NCBI GenBank assembly: GCA_038896535.1
Contig: JAWACY010000002.1
Coordinates: 91,002-155,001 of the forward strand
Direction of reading: 5' to 3'
From: Candidatus Anstonellales archaeon
GTDB lineage: Archaea > Micrarchaeota > Micrarchaeia > Anstonellales > J096
DNA length: 64,000 nucleotides
Positions 48,948 to 58,094 of the stretch are shown here, piece by piece. Both the position numbers and the translations under genes were made by a program. The number at the start of each line of letters is the position of its first letter. The first letter of the stretch is position 1. Below the pieces are notes generated by a model. That model searched no databases. It worked only from the letters and a program-made list of their open reading frames with translations, and was not told where the DNA came from.

Positions 48948-50330
48948 TTATCTTTTGCCTGCTCTTATTATTTTTTGCCCAGCCGCCTTTCTTAATAGCT
49001 CAGCTATTTCTTTATAGACATTTTCAGCAGCCAATGTTAAAGCTGTTCTGCCTTTATTATCTTTAACATTGATATCTGCTCCTTTTTCTATTAATAATTT
49101 AACTCCCTCTAATTTAACTTTTTCTTTTTTGTTATTGTAACCATCAATAAGAGTCATTAAAGCAGTTTCTCCTCTATTATTTATGATATTTGGATTAACG
49201 CCTGCTTTTAATAGTAATTCAGTTATTTCATTGGTTTCATGAATCCCATAAGTAGAATATATTAAAGCAGTATTGCCTTCTTTATCTTTAACATTGATAT
49301 CTGCTCCTTTTTCTATTAATAATTTAATTGCTTCTACATTACCGTAAGGAGTGTCAACAGCATAAATTAAAGCTGTTTTTTCTTCATCATCTCTTGCATT
49401 TACATCTACTCCTTTTTCTATTAATAATTTAATTATCTCTATATAGCCTCTGTAAGCAGCTAACATTAAAGCTGTTCTGCCTTTATTATCTTTAGCATTT
49501 ACATCTACTCCTAATTCTATTAATGATTTAACTGCTTTTTTATTGCCAATGTTAGCAGCATACATTAAAGCAATGGCCCCATATCTACTTTTAATGCTTT
49601 CTTTTGCTCCTGATTTTATTAATAATTCAAGTATTTCTACATCACCATTTGCTGCAAAATATACCAAAGCAGTATTGCCATATTTATCTTTAGCGTTTAC
49701 ATCTATGCCTGATTTTATTAATAATTCAACTGCTTCTTTATTTTCATATTCAGAAAAAGCAGCATGCATTAAAGCTGTTCTGCCATCTATATCTTGAGCA
49801 TTTACATATGCCCCTAATTTTATTAATAATTTAATTGCCTCTGCATTGCCTCTTGAAGCGCTATAAATTAAAGCTGTCCTGCCTTTATTATCTTGAGCAT
49901 TTACATATGCCCCTTTTAACAAAGCTTTGACAATCATGGCAATTTTTCTCTTTCGACAATTAACCATTAGTTTTCCGTTTTCTTTCTGGATCTGCACAAA
50001 TCTATAATATTTTTTTAATTTTGCATTTATTTCTTCATTTATCTCCTTAAAAGCAATTGCTAATATTCCACTTTCATCATTTATTACTCTTTCTGCTATT
50101 TCCTTATACCTCTTCTGTCTGGCTAAGCTAAGGATTTCCTTCTTTTTTTCTTCTATTGTATTTTTTATCGTATTTTTTTCCTCATCTACTAATGGCTGCT
50201 TATTATGAAATGCATTACCATATTTATTAGAATTAGATACATTATTTCCTTCTTGCTTTACATTGTTCCCTTCTTGCTTTACTACTTTAATCACATTTTT
50301 AATTTCTCCACTTCCCATCATCTTACCCAA
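48948..50330 (-). CDS. Ankyrin-repeat protein (about 9 repeats)
   Basis: Repeated G.DVNA.D..G.TAL..A......V.LL units. Confidence 0.93.
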   Translation of the reverse strand: MGKMMGSGEIKNVIKVVKQEGNNVKQEGNNVSNSNKYGNAFHNKQPLVDEEKNTIKNTIEEKKKEILSLARQKRYKEIAERVINDESGILAIAFKEINEEINAKLKKYYRFVQIQKENGKLMVNCRKRKIAMIVKALLKGAYVNAQDNKGRTALIYSASRGNAEAIKLLIKLGAYVNAQDIDGRTALMHAAFSEYENKEAVELLIKSGIDVNAKDKYGNTALVYFAANGDVEILELLIKSGAKESIKSRYGAIALMYAANIGNKKAVKSLIELGVDVNAKDNKGRTALMLAAYRGYIEIIKLLIEKGVDVNARDDEEKTALIYAVDTPYGNVEAIKLLIEKGADINVKDKEGNTALIYSTYGIHETNEITELLLKAGVNPNIINNRGETALMTLIDGYNNKKEKVKLEGVKLLIEKGADINVKDNKGRTALTLAAENVYKEIAELLRKAAGQKIIRAGKR

Positions 50331-50475
50331 ATAAATAGGTTTATATTTATTTTATAGCAGTTTTTAAAAATGTATTTTTTATTTATTTTTTATTTTCATT
50401 TATTTTGCTGTTATTAAGCAATTGTCGAAATGTATGGTTAAAGATTTTAAAAATGGAAGAAATATTAAACAATGC

Positions 50476-50841
50476 ATGAAAACAAACACAACAAATACAA
50501 TAACAAAAGGAGTAAATAGATTGGAAAATTGGCAGAGACAGGAAAATGAGCAGGAGAAAAAAGAGAAAAATGGGCAAATAGGAAAAGATAAATCAAATAA
50601 AAAAGACAAATTTATAGAAGCAATAAAAAGAGGAGATATTACATCTGTTGAGAGGTATTTAAAAAATGGGGTTAATCCAAACACAAAAGAAAAGAGAACA
50701 GGGTTTTATGCTGTTGAAGTTGCTATATGGTTCGGGAAAGAAAACATAGTAGAATTATTAAAAGAATATGGAGCAAACATGAAAATAGCAGAAGATTTCA
50801 GAAAAAAAATAGAACTTGGGCCTCTTTTTCCGTACTTTTAA
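50476..50841 (+). CDS. Short ankyrin-repeat protein
   Basis: A...GD...V...L..G.NPN....TG..A...A...G...IV.LL..YGA. Confidence 0.8.
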   Translation: MKTNTTNTITKGVNRLENWQRQENEQEKKEKNGQIGKDKSNKKDKFIEAIKRGDITSVERYLKNGVNPNTKEKRTGFYAVEVAIWFGKENIVELLKEYGANMKIAEDFRKKIELGPLFPYF

Positions 50842-50878
50842 ATTTTTTTAAATATTTTTTAAACTATTTAATTAAAGA

Positions 50879-51400
50879 TTAATGCCCATCTTTGATGCCC
50901 ATCTTTGATAATATATAATTAGATATGTGCTTTGCATTTTCGCCTAAAAGAAAAACAGGGCCCTTGTCTTTTATCCCATACGTTATAACATGCTCTTTTG
51001 TAGCATAAGCCATAAATGCAAGCCCTGCAATATCTTCTTCTCCTTTTATCAATAAAGCTCCGCCATTTAGCATTAAATGTTTGGCAATGCCCAAAAGCTC
51101 TTTATTAAATGTCCCAGCATTATTTTTTGCCTGCATTATATGCCTGAATGTTTGCTTTAACCTTGCTTTATCTTCTTCTCTTATTTCTTTTCTCAAATTC
51201 CTAAAATCGAATACAGCGACAAAGGGCTTAAACCCATAATCTAAACATGATAGCGTTACAACATCTCCTACGCATACTAAATTTCTATTATTGGCTTGAG
51301 CAAAATCAATAATATTGTTAATATCGCAAATACTTCCAAATGGACTTGCTAAAACTTTCCTGAGCTCTTCATTTATTTTTATTTCCATTTTATCATGCAC
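50879..51400 (-). CDS. GTP-dependent dephospho-CoA kinase (DUF359)
   Basis: LR..L..PFG, VGDVVT, N.AG, GEED and YG motifs. Confidence 0.88.
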   Translation of the reverse strand: MHDKMEIKINEELRKVLASPFGSICDINNIIDFAQANNRNLVCVGDVVTLSCLDYGFKPFVAVFDFRNLRKEIREEDKARLKQTFRHIMQAKNNAGTFNKELLGIAKHLMLNGGALLIKGEEDIAGLAFMAYATKEHVITYGIKDKGPVFLLGENAKHISNYILSKMGIKDGH

Positions 51401-51431
51401 TAAAAGCTAATAAAAGGAAGCTAATAAAAAG

Positions 51432-51791
51432 CTAATCCCTTGTAATATCGAAAATTGTTTTTATGCCAACAATCAATATTACTGGGGCTAGAAAGAGTAT
51501 TAATGCTTTTAAAAATAGTAGTAATGGCTCGGTTATAAATGCTGGCATTATATCGCTTGTTAAATTGCTCTTTAAAAATTCACTTGCAATTATAACTGCT
51601 GTGACTGAAACAAGCAGTTTTACAACCTCTTCTGGTGTTATATTCAATAAGCCCACTATAAAACCAAACAATAATATTGAGATTAATATGATATTGTTTT
51701 GTAGGAATACATAAACAACACAAGCTATTATTCCAACAATAAAAGATGTCGTCCCTATAATATCAAAAATATTTGTTTTCTGCTCAGGCAT
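51432..51791 (-). CDS. Small membrane protein
   Basis: Four hydrophobic helices; G.IVGLLNI...E motif. Confidence 0.7.
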   Translation of the reverse strand: MPEQKTNIFDIIGTTSFIVGIIACVVYVFLQNNIILISILLFGFIVGLLNITPEEVVKLLVSVTAVIIASEFLKSNLTSDIMPAFITEPLLLFLKALILFLAPVILIVGIKTIFDITRD

Positions 51792-51805
51792 TCAACCACC
51801 AAAAA

Positions 51806-52024
51806 TCAAAGGGAATAAATATAGACTATTGAATCTCCTCTTAAAAACATCTTTTCAGCATTTATTTCCTGGCCGTTTTCAAGCTTCATATTAACTTTTA
51901 GCAATGATAGGTTTAAATGTATGTCATATGCAACAAGCTTTGCTTTTATTTCTCTATTCCCTTTTATGCCTATAACAACATCTTTGCCAACCATCTCATT
52001 TATATAATCAAAGGGTTTTGCCAT
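51806..52024 (-). CDS. Sm/LSm protein
   Basis: P.D, L.AYD.H.N..L and RGD motifs. Confidence 0.92.
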   Translation of the reverse strand: MAKPFDYINEMVGKDVVIGIKGNREIKAKLVAYDIHLNLSLLKVNMKLENGQEINAEKMFLRGDSIVYIYSL

Positions 52025-52041
52025 TTTATCAACCTTCTTAT

Positions 52042-52356
52042 TTAACTGCTTGATTGTTGATTACTTTGTTTAGCATCATTTAAAAAACCTTCCCTTTTTT
52101 GTATGTAAACTGGCTCGACTCTTTTTAATACTTCCTTGTCAGCATAAACATAAAATGTTACCCTTATTGCCCTCAAACCAGCCCTTTGTTCTATTTTCTT
52201 AATTATAGTTAACTCTGGGTCTTTTCCAATAGCTGATATTATAGCACTTTTTATCTCTGCTCTTGTTGGGGTTGCTTTATCAAAATGCAAATCAGCAATA
52301 TATTCTTCCCTTCCTATTGCATTATTATCATTTTTTGTTATTATATTTATTTTCAT
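52042..52356 (-). CDS. rps24e: 30S ribosomal protein S24e
   Basis: N..IGR.E, ATPTR.E and Y......EP motifs. Confidence 0.9.
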   Translation of the reverse strand: MKINIITKNDNNAIGREEYIADLHFDKATPTRAEIKSAIISAIGKDPELTIIKKIEQRAGLRAIRVTFYVYADKEVLKRVEPVYIQKREGFLNDAKQSNQQSSS

Positions 52357-52360
52357 CTTA

Positions 52361-52762
52361 TCACTCTTTAAATACTCTTAAAACTGCTTTTCTGCCTAAT
52401 GCTTCCATAACTTCTATCTCTTTGCCTTCTGCGACCTCATTTTTTAGCTCATCTGGAATTATCACATCAAATGTTTCATAATTATCTTTATCCATTACAT
52501 TAGCGATATTGCCATTTATTGCTAAAACCTGTGCTGTTCTCTTTTTAACAACAGGCACTTCAACACTTGCATCAGTAGGCACTAAGAGTGTCTTTTTTTG
52601 ATTATCAAATATGCCTATTGCAGTAACTCTCATTTTTGCTGAGCCATGCTTGCCTGGTTTTGACACTTCTATGCTTACAACTTTGCAAGGAATGTCATCA
52701 ATAACTACAAACCTCCCGACTTTCAATTCTTTTGCTTCAACCTTTATTACTTCATCTGTCAT
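52361..52762 (-). CDS. eif5a: Translation factor aIF-5A
   Basis: SKPGKHGSAK hypusine motif. Confidence 0.97.
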   Translation of the reverse strand: MTDEVIKVEAKELKVGRFVVIDDIPCKVVSIEVSKPGKHGSAKMRVTAIGIFDNQKKTLLVPTDASVEVPVVKKRTAQVLAINGNIANVMDKDNYETFDVIIPDELKNEVAEGKEIEVMEALGRKAVLRVFKE

Positions 52763-53247
52763 AACAATCCCCTTGATTTTCTGCCTGCTTTTGTTAAGCC
52801 TCTGAATGCCCTGCCTGTTCTTTTTACTACATTTGAAGCATGCTTATCTTTAACATCTCTGGTAGCAAGCAAAACCTCATAAAATACATGCTGTCCATCT
52901 TCCCCAACATAATAACTTCCTAAAACTTCTGCATTTCTGTGCTTTCTAGCAACCCTTTGTTCAGCAATTGCCTGCTTATTCAATGAGGTTTGAATATATC
53001 TATAATTATGCCTAGCTTTTCTTCCTGCCTTTGGAGATGGTCTTTTTCTAAGCCCTTTTTTAACCATGCATCTAACAACAAAAAATCCTTTTTTCGCCTT
53101 ATATCCAAGCGCTCTAGCCCTTTCAGGATTTAAAGGCTTATCTACTCTTACAATTGCGCCTTGCTTTCTCCATTCAGCAAGCCTGTTTTTGTAGTAATCA
53201 GGCCTTGTCTTAAATGTTTGTTGAAAATTCTTCATTATATGTCCCAT
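52759..53247 (-). CDS. rpl15e: 50S ribosomal protein L15e (short form)
   Basis: WR, RARALGYKAK.G, IAE.R..RK..N.EVL.SY.V.EDG and GR.FRGLT.AG. Confidence 0.95.
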   Translation of the reverse strand: MGHIMKNFQQTFKTRPDYYKNRLAEWRKQGAIVRVDKPLNPERARALGYKAKKGFFVVRCMVKKGLRKRPSPKAGRKARHNYRYIQTSLNKQAIAEQRVARKHRNAEVLGSYYVGEDGQHVFYEVLLATRDVKDKHASNVVKRTGRAFRGLTKAGRKSRGLL

Positions 53248-53256
53248 ATTACCGCC

Positions 53257-53634
53257 TCATGCTTCTTTATTTATGATCATAATTGCCTTTGCGATATCGC
53301 CTTTTGCTTTTTTTAATGCCTGTTCAGCTATTTCTTTGCTTACATTTGCCTGCTTTGACACAAAATCTACATCAGCAGCATTTATTTTATAAACTTCTTG
53401 CATTTCTTGCCTTTCTTCTCCAGCTTCATGTTTTTCCTTTTCTTCCTTTATTACCTTGCCTTCTACTATAAATGTTTTTTTGCCTGCCTGTTCCATTTCA
53501 ATTACTGAAGGCGTTTCTATCTTTATTTCATGTTTTGTTGTTTTAATAATAACTTCAACTGCATCAATACTATCAACCTTTATACCGGCCTGCTTGAGCA
53601 TTGCCATCATTTTTTCTCTACTCATACCAAACAT
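53257..53634 (-). CDS. nac: Nascent polypeptide-associated complex protein
   Basis: NAC domain plus UBA-like tail D...V..Q..VS...A..AL....GD.A.AI. Confidence 0.9.
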   Translation of the reverse strand: MFGMSREKMMAMLKQAGIKVDSIDAVEVIIKTTKHEIKIETPSVIEMEQAGKKTFIVEGKVIKEEKEKHEAGEERQEMQEVYKINAADVDFVSKQANVSKEIAEQALKKAKGDIAKAIMIINKEA

Positions 53635-53650
53635 GTTCTCATCTCTATAA

Positions 53651-54244
53651 TCATGCTGCTATAATTTTTTGCTCGCTTTTCCTTACAATAACATGTGAAA
53701 CTGGATTTATCTTATTAAGCTCTCTTCCTAAATCCTTTGCAAATGTATCTAATAATATACTCTTTATTAACTCTTCTCTTGTTTTACTGCTTGCTGCTTT
53801 TAAAACAAATGCCTTTGCTGCTTTTCTAAGATTTTTCTTTACTACTTCTGAAACTTTTCTCAATGTTATTATGACAATCTTAAGCCTTATTTTCTGCCCA
53901 TCATTTGTATTGACATCAATGACTTCATGTATAACACTCCTATGTTTTCTTGCAAGGCTCCTTAAATATGATTGTGCAACTTCATGGCCTATGAATTCTG
54001 TTTTTACTGTTCCTTGGCCGAGTTCAATTACTCTTAACAAAACTGTTGTATAAAGGCTTAAAGGAGATGCCTTTATATCTTCAAGCTCGTTCAAAGCCAC
54101 TTTTATTATTCTATTTATTACTGTATCCTTCCTTCCTATAAGCTCACCAACTTGTTTATTATTAAATAATGCTGGAGCAATGATAGCATATTCAGTTTTT
54201 TGTTTTCCTTTTTCTGCTTTTGCTGCTCTTGTTCTTCTTGCCAT
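53651..54244 (-). CDS. rps3ae: 30S ribosomal protein S3Ae
   Basis: Y.I.AP..F, T.F.GHE...YLRSL.R and I.P....IVRKSE motifs. Confidence 0.93.
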   Translation of the reverse strand: MARRTRAAKAEKGKQKTEYAIIAPALFNNKQVGELIGRKDTVINRIIKVALNELEDIKASPLSLYTTVLLRVIELGQGTVKTEFIGHEVAQSYLRSLARKHRSVIHEVIDVNTNDGQKIRLKIVIITLRKVSEVVKKNLRKAAKAFVLKAASSKTREELIKSILLDTFAKDLGRELNKINPVSHVIVRKSEQKIIAA

Positions 54245-54257
54245 TTTATCACTCTTA

Positions 54258-54719
54258 TTATGCTCTTATAAGTGCTGCTGCCTCTTCTGGGTCATATTTC
54301 CATGTAGCACTTATCTCGCCTTTTTTCTTATAATATGAAGCAAGCCTGTTTATTTTGCTCAAAATATGGTTATATTTAACCCTATTTGCAATGTCCTTCT
54401 TATTCTTTTTCAAATGCTCCCATAACCTGACAGCTTTTCTAATTAAGTTAAGCATGTCCTCAGGCATTTTTGTATATATTTTTTCCTGCTTGAGAAATTG
54501 TTTCATGCTAACTCCTGTAAGCCCTTTGAATGAAGGCACACCATACTGGTCTCTTAAAATTACTCCTATATTTGCAGTACTATTGCCCTGCCTAAAAAGT
54601 TTTTTTACAATGTCCTTTGCCTCTTCTGCATTTAACTGCGCAAATGCTGGACTGCTTTTCTTCCTGCCAGCAAATTTACTTGAACTTTTTCCTTTTTTCT
54701 TTGAATGCAATCTTGCCAT
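54258..54719 (-). CDS. rps15: 30S ribosomal protein S15 (S13e/uS15)
   Basis: MAR.HS..KG.S.S, IG.ILRD.YG.P, PED, SKI.RL..YY and WKY motifs. Confidence 0.96.
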   Translation of the reverse strand: MARLHSKKKGKSSSKFAGRKKSSPAFAQLNAEEAKDIVKKLFRQGNSTANIGVILRDQYGVPSFKGLTGVSMKQFLKQEKIYTKMPEDMLNLIRKAVRLWEHLKKNKKDIANRVKYNHILSKINRLASYYKKKGEISATWKYDPEEAAALIRA

Positions 54720-55034
54720 TTAATCACCCAATTCAATCATATTTTCTTTATACCCCATCTTTATGAGCAATTCTTTTGCCTTTTTTTTATGCTCACCTTG
54801 CAACATTATCTTATCATCTTTTAAAGACCCACCGCAAGCAAGTTTTGATTTCAACTGCTTGAAAATTTCTTTTATCTGGCTCTTTTCTATGCCTTCAACA
54901 ATTGTTATAAATTTCTTGAACTTTGCTTTTGCAGTATATATTTTTATTCTTTTAACCGCTCCTTCTCTTGTCAATGTATCACAAACGCAAAGTTCAAGTG
55001 GTAAATTACATGTAGGACATTTTTCTCCTATTAT
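54720..55034 (-). CDS. sui1: Translation initiation factor aIF-1 (SUI1), apparent non-AUG (ATA) start
   Basis: In-frame CPTCNLPLELCVC knuckle lies upstream of the called TTG; LKSKLACGG and LQGEH motifs; no ATG/GTG/TTG between the upstream in-frame TAA and the knuckle. Confidence 0.88.
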   Translation of the reverse strand: MIGEKCPTCNLPLELCVCDTLTREGAVKRIKIYTAKAKFKKFITIVEGIEKSQIKEIFKQLKSKLACGGSLKDDKIMLQGEHKKKAKELLIKMGYKENMIELGD

Positions 55035-55067
55035 AATATCAACCTCCTCTTACTGCCATTATATATT

Positions 55068-55256
55068 TTAACTTGCATAACCTCCTTTTTCAAACTCTTT
55101 ACCATGTATGAATGTTATTATTCTTGCTCGCATCCTTTTTAATTTCTTTATTTTCACTTCATCCTGGGCTGATAAAGCAAGCATCTCCTTCTCAATATTT
55201 TCAAGCTGCTTTTTCAGCTCATCAACAGGCATTGATTTCAATTCTTTTTTCTTCAT
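55068..55256 (-). CDS. rpl29: 50S ribosomal protein L29
   Basis: K..EL..M...EL...L and I..LKR..ARI.T motifs; operon position. Confidence 0.92.
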   Translation of the reverse strand: MKKKELKSMPVDELKKQLENIEKEMLALSAQDEVKIKKLKRMRARIITFIHGKEFEKGGYAS

Positions 55257-55264
55257 TCTACCAC

Positions 55265-55918
55265 CTAATTATTTTGCTCCTGCTGCTCTTGGCTTTGTTT
55301 TTCATTTTCTTGATCTGCATATATCTCTGGCTTAACAAGCCTTGCAATCTCCTTTCTGGCTATTCTTACTGTTATGCCAATAATACCAGATTTCGTCAAT
55401 GCTCCATACTTATAAACACCAACATATCTTGATACATCCCCCGCTTTTGGTACAAATCCAGCACTCACTTTTATACTTTTTGCCTTGCTTCCCTTTGCAC
55501 CAAGCTTTCCACCAGCAATTATTTCAACCCCCAAAGCTCCAGCGTTCATTACAGAACGCATAAGCTTATTAAGAACTGCCTTTACTTTTTCTCCTCTTTC
55601 TATTGCATTTGCTGCTCTTTTTGCAACAATCCTTGGCTCAAGCCATGGCTCTTTGACATCTATTACTGTTATATTAGGATTGTCTATGCCAAAATCATTT
55701 TTTATTTTTTCAACAATGCTCTGTATTTTCCTGCTTTTTTTATTCATCAATCTCTTTGGATCAAGCATCTCTATATATATTCTTGTCTCTACCGGGCTCT
55801 TTTGTATTATAACATTAGCAACAAGCACATTATCAAGCTCTTTTTCAAGAAATTCTGCAATCATGGATTTTTTTATTGCATCTGATATAAATTTATTTTT
55901 TATACTTGTCATAACCAT
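55265..55918 (-). CDS. rps3: 30S ribosomal protein S3
   Basis: KH domain, P.L.P..VA, GA.GVEI...GKL and GI.V.I motifs. Confidence 0.93.
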   Translation of the reverse strand: MVMTSIKNKFISDAIKKSMIAEFLEKELDNVLVANVIIQKSPVETRIYIEMLDPKRLMNKKSRKIQSIVEKIKNDFGIDNPNITVIDVKEPWLEPRIVAKRAANAIERGEKVKAVLNKLMRSVMNAGALGVEIIAGGKLGAKGSKAKSIKVSAGFVPKAGDVSRYVGVYKYGALTKSGIIGITVRIARKEIARLVKPEIYADQENEKQSQEQQEQNN

Positions 55919-55932
55919 ATTATCACCACATA

Positions 55933-56634
55933 CTATTTATCAATATCTTCATGCCCTTCGCCTTTTTCTTTTTCTCTGCTCTTTTTTTCTCTTGCTTTTC
56001 CTTTTTTGTCTTTGCTTTCTTTTTGTTTGCTTTCTTTTTGTTTTTCTTTTTCTTTGCTTTCTGCTTTTATACTTTCCTGACTTTGACTTGTTTCTCTTCC
56101 TTCTGTCTGCTTTGGCTCTTGCTTCTCCTTTAATTCCTGCTTCTTCTCCTTTAATTCCTGCTTCGGTTTTACTGGCTTTGCTCCTTTTTGCATTACAACA
56201 ATTTCAAGCCTTGCTAATTCATAAGACCTTGGCATCCTCCTTCCCTTTGGTTGCATTCTTCTATATGCCGCTTTTTTATTAGCGCATGCATGAGCAATAA
56301 AAAGCATTTCTTCATTTGCTCCTTTTCTAACTGCATTTGCAATAGCATCTTTTAATAAAGACAAAACATATTTTACTGCTTTTACTGGATATCTGCCTTT
56401 TCTGCCGTTCAATTCTTTTCTATGAGCAAGCTTTTTATTATGGGTTTTATAAAAAATAGGGGTTTTTCCTTCTTTCCCAAGAGAAGCTTTTTCAAGAAAA
56501 ACAATGGCTTTTTGAACATTCATATTTCTTATATTATTACAAACTTGACAAAGATCCTTGAATGAAGCATTAATTGCCTCATTCCTTGCTTTTCCTACAA
56601 TATTATTTTCTTCATCAAATTTCATTGTATACAT
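55933..56634 (-). CDS. rpl22: 50S ribosomal protein L22 with ~80-aa K/E/Q-rich C-terminal extension
   Basis: S.K....VC..I, GRYP.KA, NA..KG and P.GR motifs. Confidence 0.93.
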   Translation of the reverse strand: MYTMKFDEENNIVGKARNEAINASFKDLCQVCNNIRNMNVQKAIVFLEKASLGKEGKTPIFYKTHNKKLAHRKELNGRKGRYPVKAVKYVLSLLKDAIANAVRKGANEEMLFIAHACANKKAAYRRMQPKGRRMPRSYELARLEIVVMQKGAKPVKPKQELKEKKQELKEKQEPKQTEGRETSQSQESIKAESKEKEKQKESKQKESKDKKGKAREKKSREKEKGEGHEDIDK

Positions 56635-56638
56635 GTTA

Positions 56639-57058
56639 TCACTTTGCTGCTACAAACTTGCTTCCTCTTGTTGCCCCTATTCCAGGGCTTGAATGGCTCT
56701 CGAATTTCACAGTATATGAATATTCTCCCAATCTATGGCCAAGCTTATCTATTGTTATATCAACTGGCTTCCATTCTTTGCCATTATAAACAAGGAATCT
56801 CAGCCCAAGCCATTCTGGAATAATAACAGCTTCTCTGCAATGCGTCTTTATAGGTTTTTTTTGCAAATCTTCTTTTTTTGCAAGTTTTTTCCTAACTTTT
56901 TTAACTAAGTTTGCATACTCAATATTTCTTCCATCAAGCATTGACATTATTGCCCTTCTGCTTCTTGCTTTTACAAGTTTTGCAAATTCTTCAATAGGCA
57001 TTGCCTTTAATTCTTGCTCATTTTTTCCTCTATAAACATCCTTTGCTATTTCTACCAT
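56639..57058 (-). CDS. rps19: 30S ribosomal protein S19
   Basis: KTH.R...I.P, YNGK, GH.LGE and PGIGAT.GSKF motifs. Confidence 0.96.
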   Translation of the reverse strand: MVEIAKDVYRGKNEQELKAMPIEEFAKLVKARSRRAIMSMLDGRNIEYANLVKKVRKKLAKKEDLQKKPIKTHCREAVIIPEWLGLRFLVYNGKEWKPVDITIDKLGHRLGEYSYTVKFESHSSPGIGATRGSKFVAAK

Positions 57059-57070
57059 TTTGCCACCTCG

Positions 57071-57838
57071 TCATTGATTTTGCTGCTTTGATGCGGCTGT
57101 CTTTCTAGATTTTCTGCCGGTCATTTTTGCTCTAAGATGGCCAACTTTTTGTCCAGGAACTGCATGCTTTCCAACAGTTGTAGGCTTACCGCCATGATGC
57201 TCTTTTCCTCCAAATGGATGGTCATAAGCAGACATTTTAACGCCCCTTACCCTTGGCCATATTGCATTTGCTGCTTTTCTATATTTATAAAATGCATTTC
57301 CTGCTTTTAATAATGGCTTCTCTTTTATTCCCCCGCCAGCAGCAACGCCAACCTGGGCAAGGCATTCTGGATTAAGATTAATGATTTTGTTGCTCGGCAG
57401 TTTTATTTGCACATAATCCGCGCTTTTCATCAATATCTGTGCAAAACTGCCTGCTGCTTTTGCTATTTTCCCACCATCGCCTGGTTGCTTCTCTATATTA
57501 TAAATGTAAAATCCTTCTGGTATTGATTTCAAAGGCAAGACATTCCCAAGCTTTATGCTTGCTTGCTCTCCTATCTCTATATTGCTTCCTGATACAATGC
57601 CCTCTGATGCAATTAAATAACCTTCATTCCCATCATTAAACTTTACTTTTGCTAATATTGTATTTCTTTCTGGTGCATCTACAAAATCTTTTATAGTACA
57701 TGTTAATAATGGCTTTTCTTTTCTGACTGCTTTTGGATAAAAATCATTATAGCTGACTTTAGCTTTAAACCTATGGCTCTTCGCCCTATATCTTGGCGTG
57801 CCTTTTCCTCTTACTTGCTGTTTTAATCTTTTTCCCAT
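57071..57838 (-). CDS. rpl2: 50S ribosomal protein L2
   Basis: MGKR...Q.RG, GDGG and WP.VRGV.M...DHPFGG motifs. Confidence 0.97.
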   Translation of the reverse strand: MGKRLKQQVRGKGTPRYRAKSHRFKAKVSYNDFYPKAVRKEKPLLTCTIKDFVDAPERNTILAKVKFNDGNEGYLIASEGIVSGSNIEIGEQASIKLGNVLPLKSIPEGFYIYNIEKQPGDGGKIAKAAGSFAQILMKSADYVQIKLPSNKIINLNPECLAQVGVAAGGGIKEKPLLKAGNAFYKYRKAANAIWPRVRGVKMSAYDHPFGGKEHHGGKPTTVGKHAVPGQKVGHLRAKMTGRKSRKTAASKQQNQ

Positions 57839-57842
57839 ACTA

Positions 57843-58094
57843 TCACGCTATATTTAATTGTGTGGCAAGCTCCTCAATATTAACTTCTGGAGCAAATTTA
57901 ACATAAGCAATTTTTTTACCTTTCCTGACATGAGTATTAATTTTTTCTACTTTAACTTTAAAAATCCTTTCTATTTCTTTCTTTATTTCCTGTGCATTTG
58001 CATTTATATTCACAAAAAATGCGAGCTTCCTTTCTTTTAAAGAAAGTTTTATAATTTTTTCTGTTCTTACTGGGGCTATTATTATTCCTGCCAT
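57843..58094 (-). CDS. rpl23: 50S ribosomal protein L23
   Basis: P..TEK, L.F.V...A....IK..IE..F.VKV..INT and K.AYV motifs. Confidence 0.94.
   Translation of the reverse strand: MAGIIIAPVRTEKIIKLSLKERKLAFFVNINANAQEIKKEIERIFKVKVEKINTHVRKGKKIAYVKFAPEVNIEELATQLNIA

Noticed and set aside
54972-54974. TTG start for aIF1 given by the ORF track
   Set aside because: It would delete the conserved Cys knuckle and has no SD
55485-56282. 265-aa + strand ORF and the many other antisense ORFs (e.g. 852-1316, 7122-7673, 21568-22149, 58149-58607)
   Set aside because: Shadow frames of well-supported genes, with F/L/S/I-rich composition typical of antisense to A-rich coding strands
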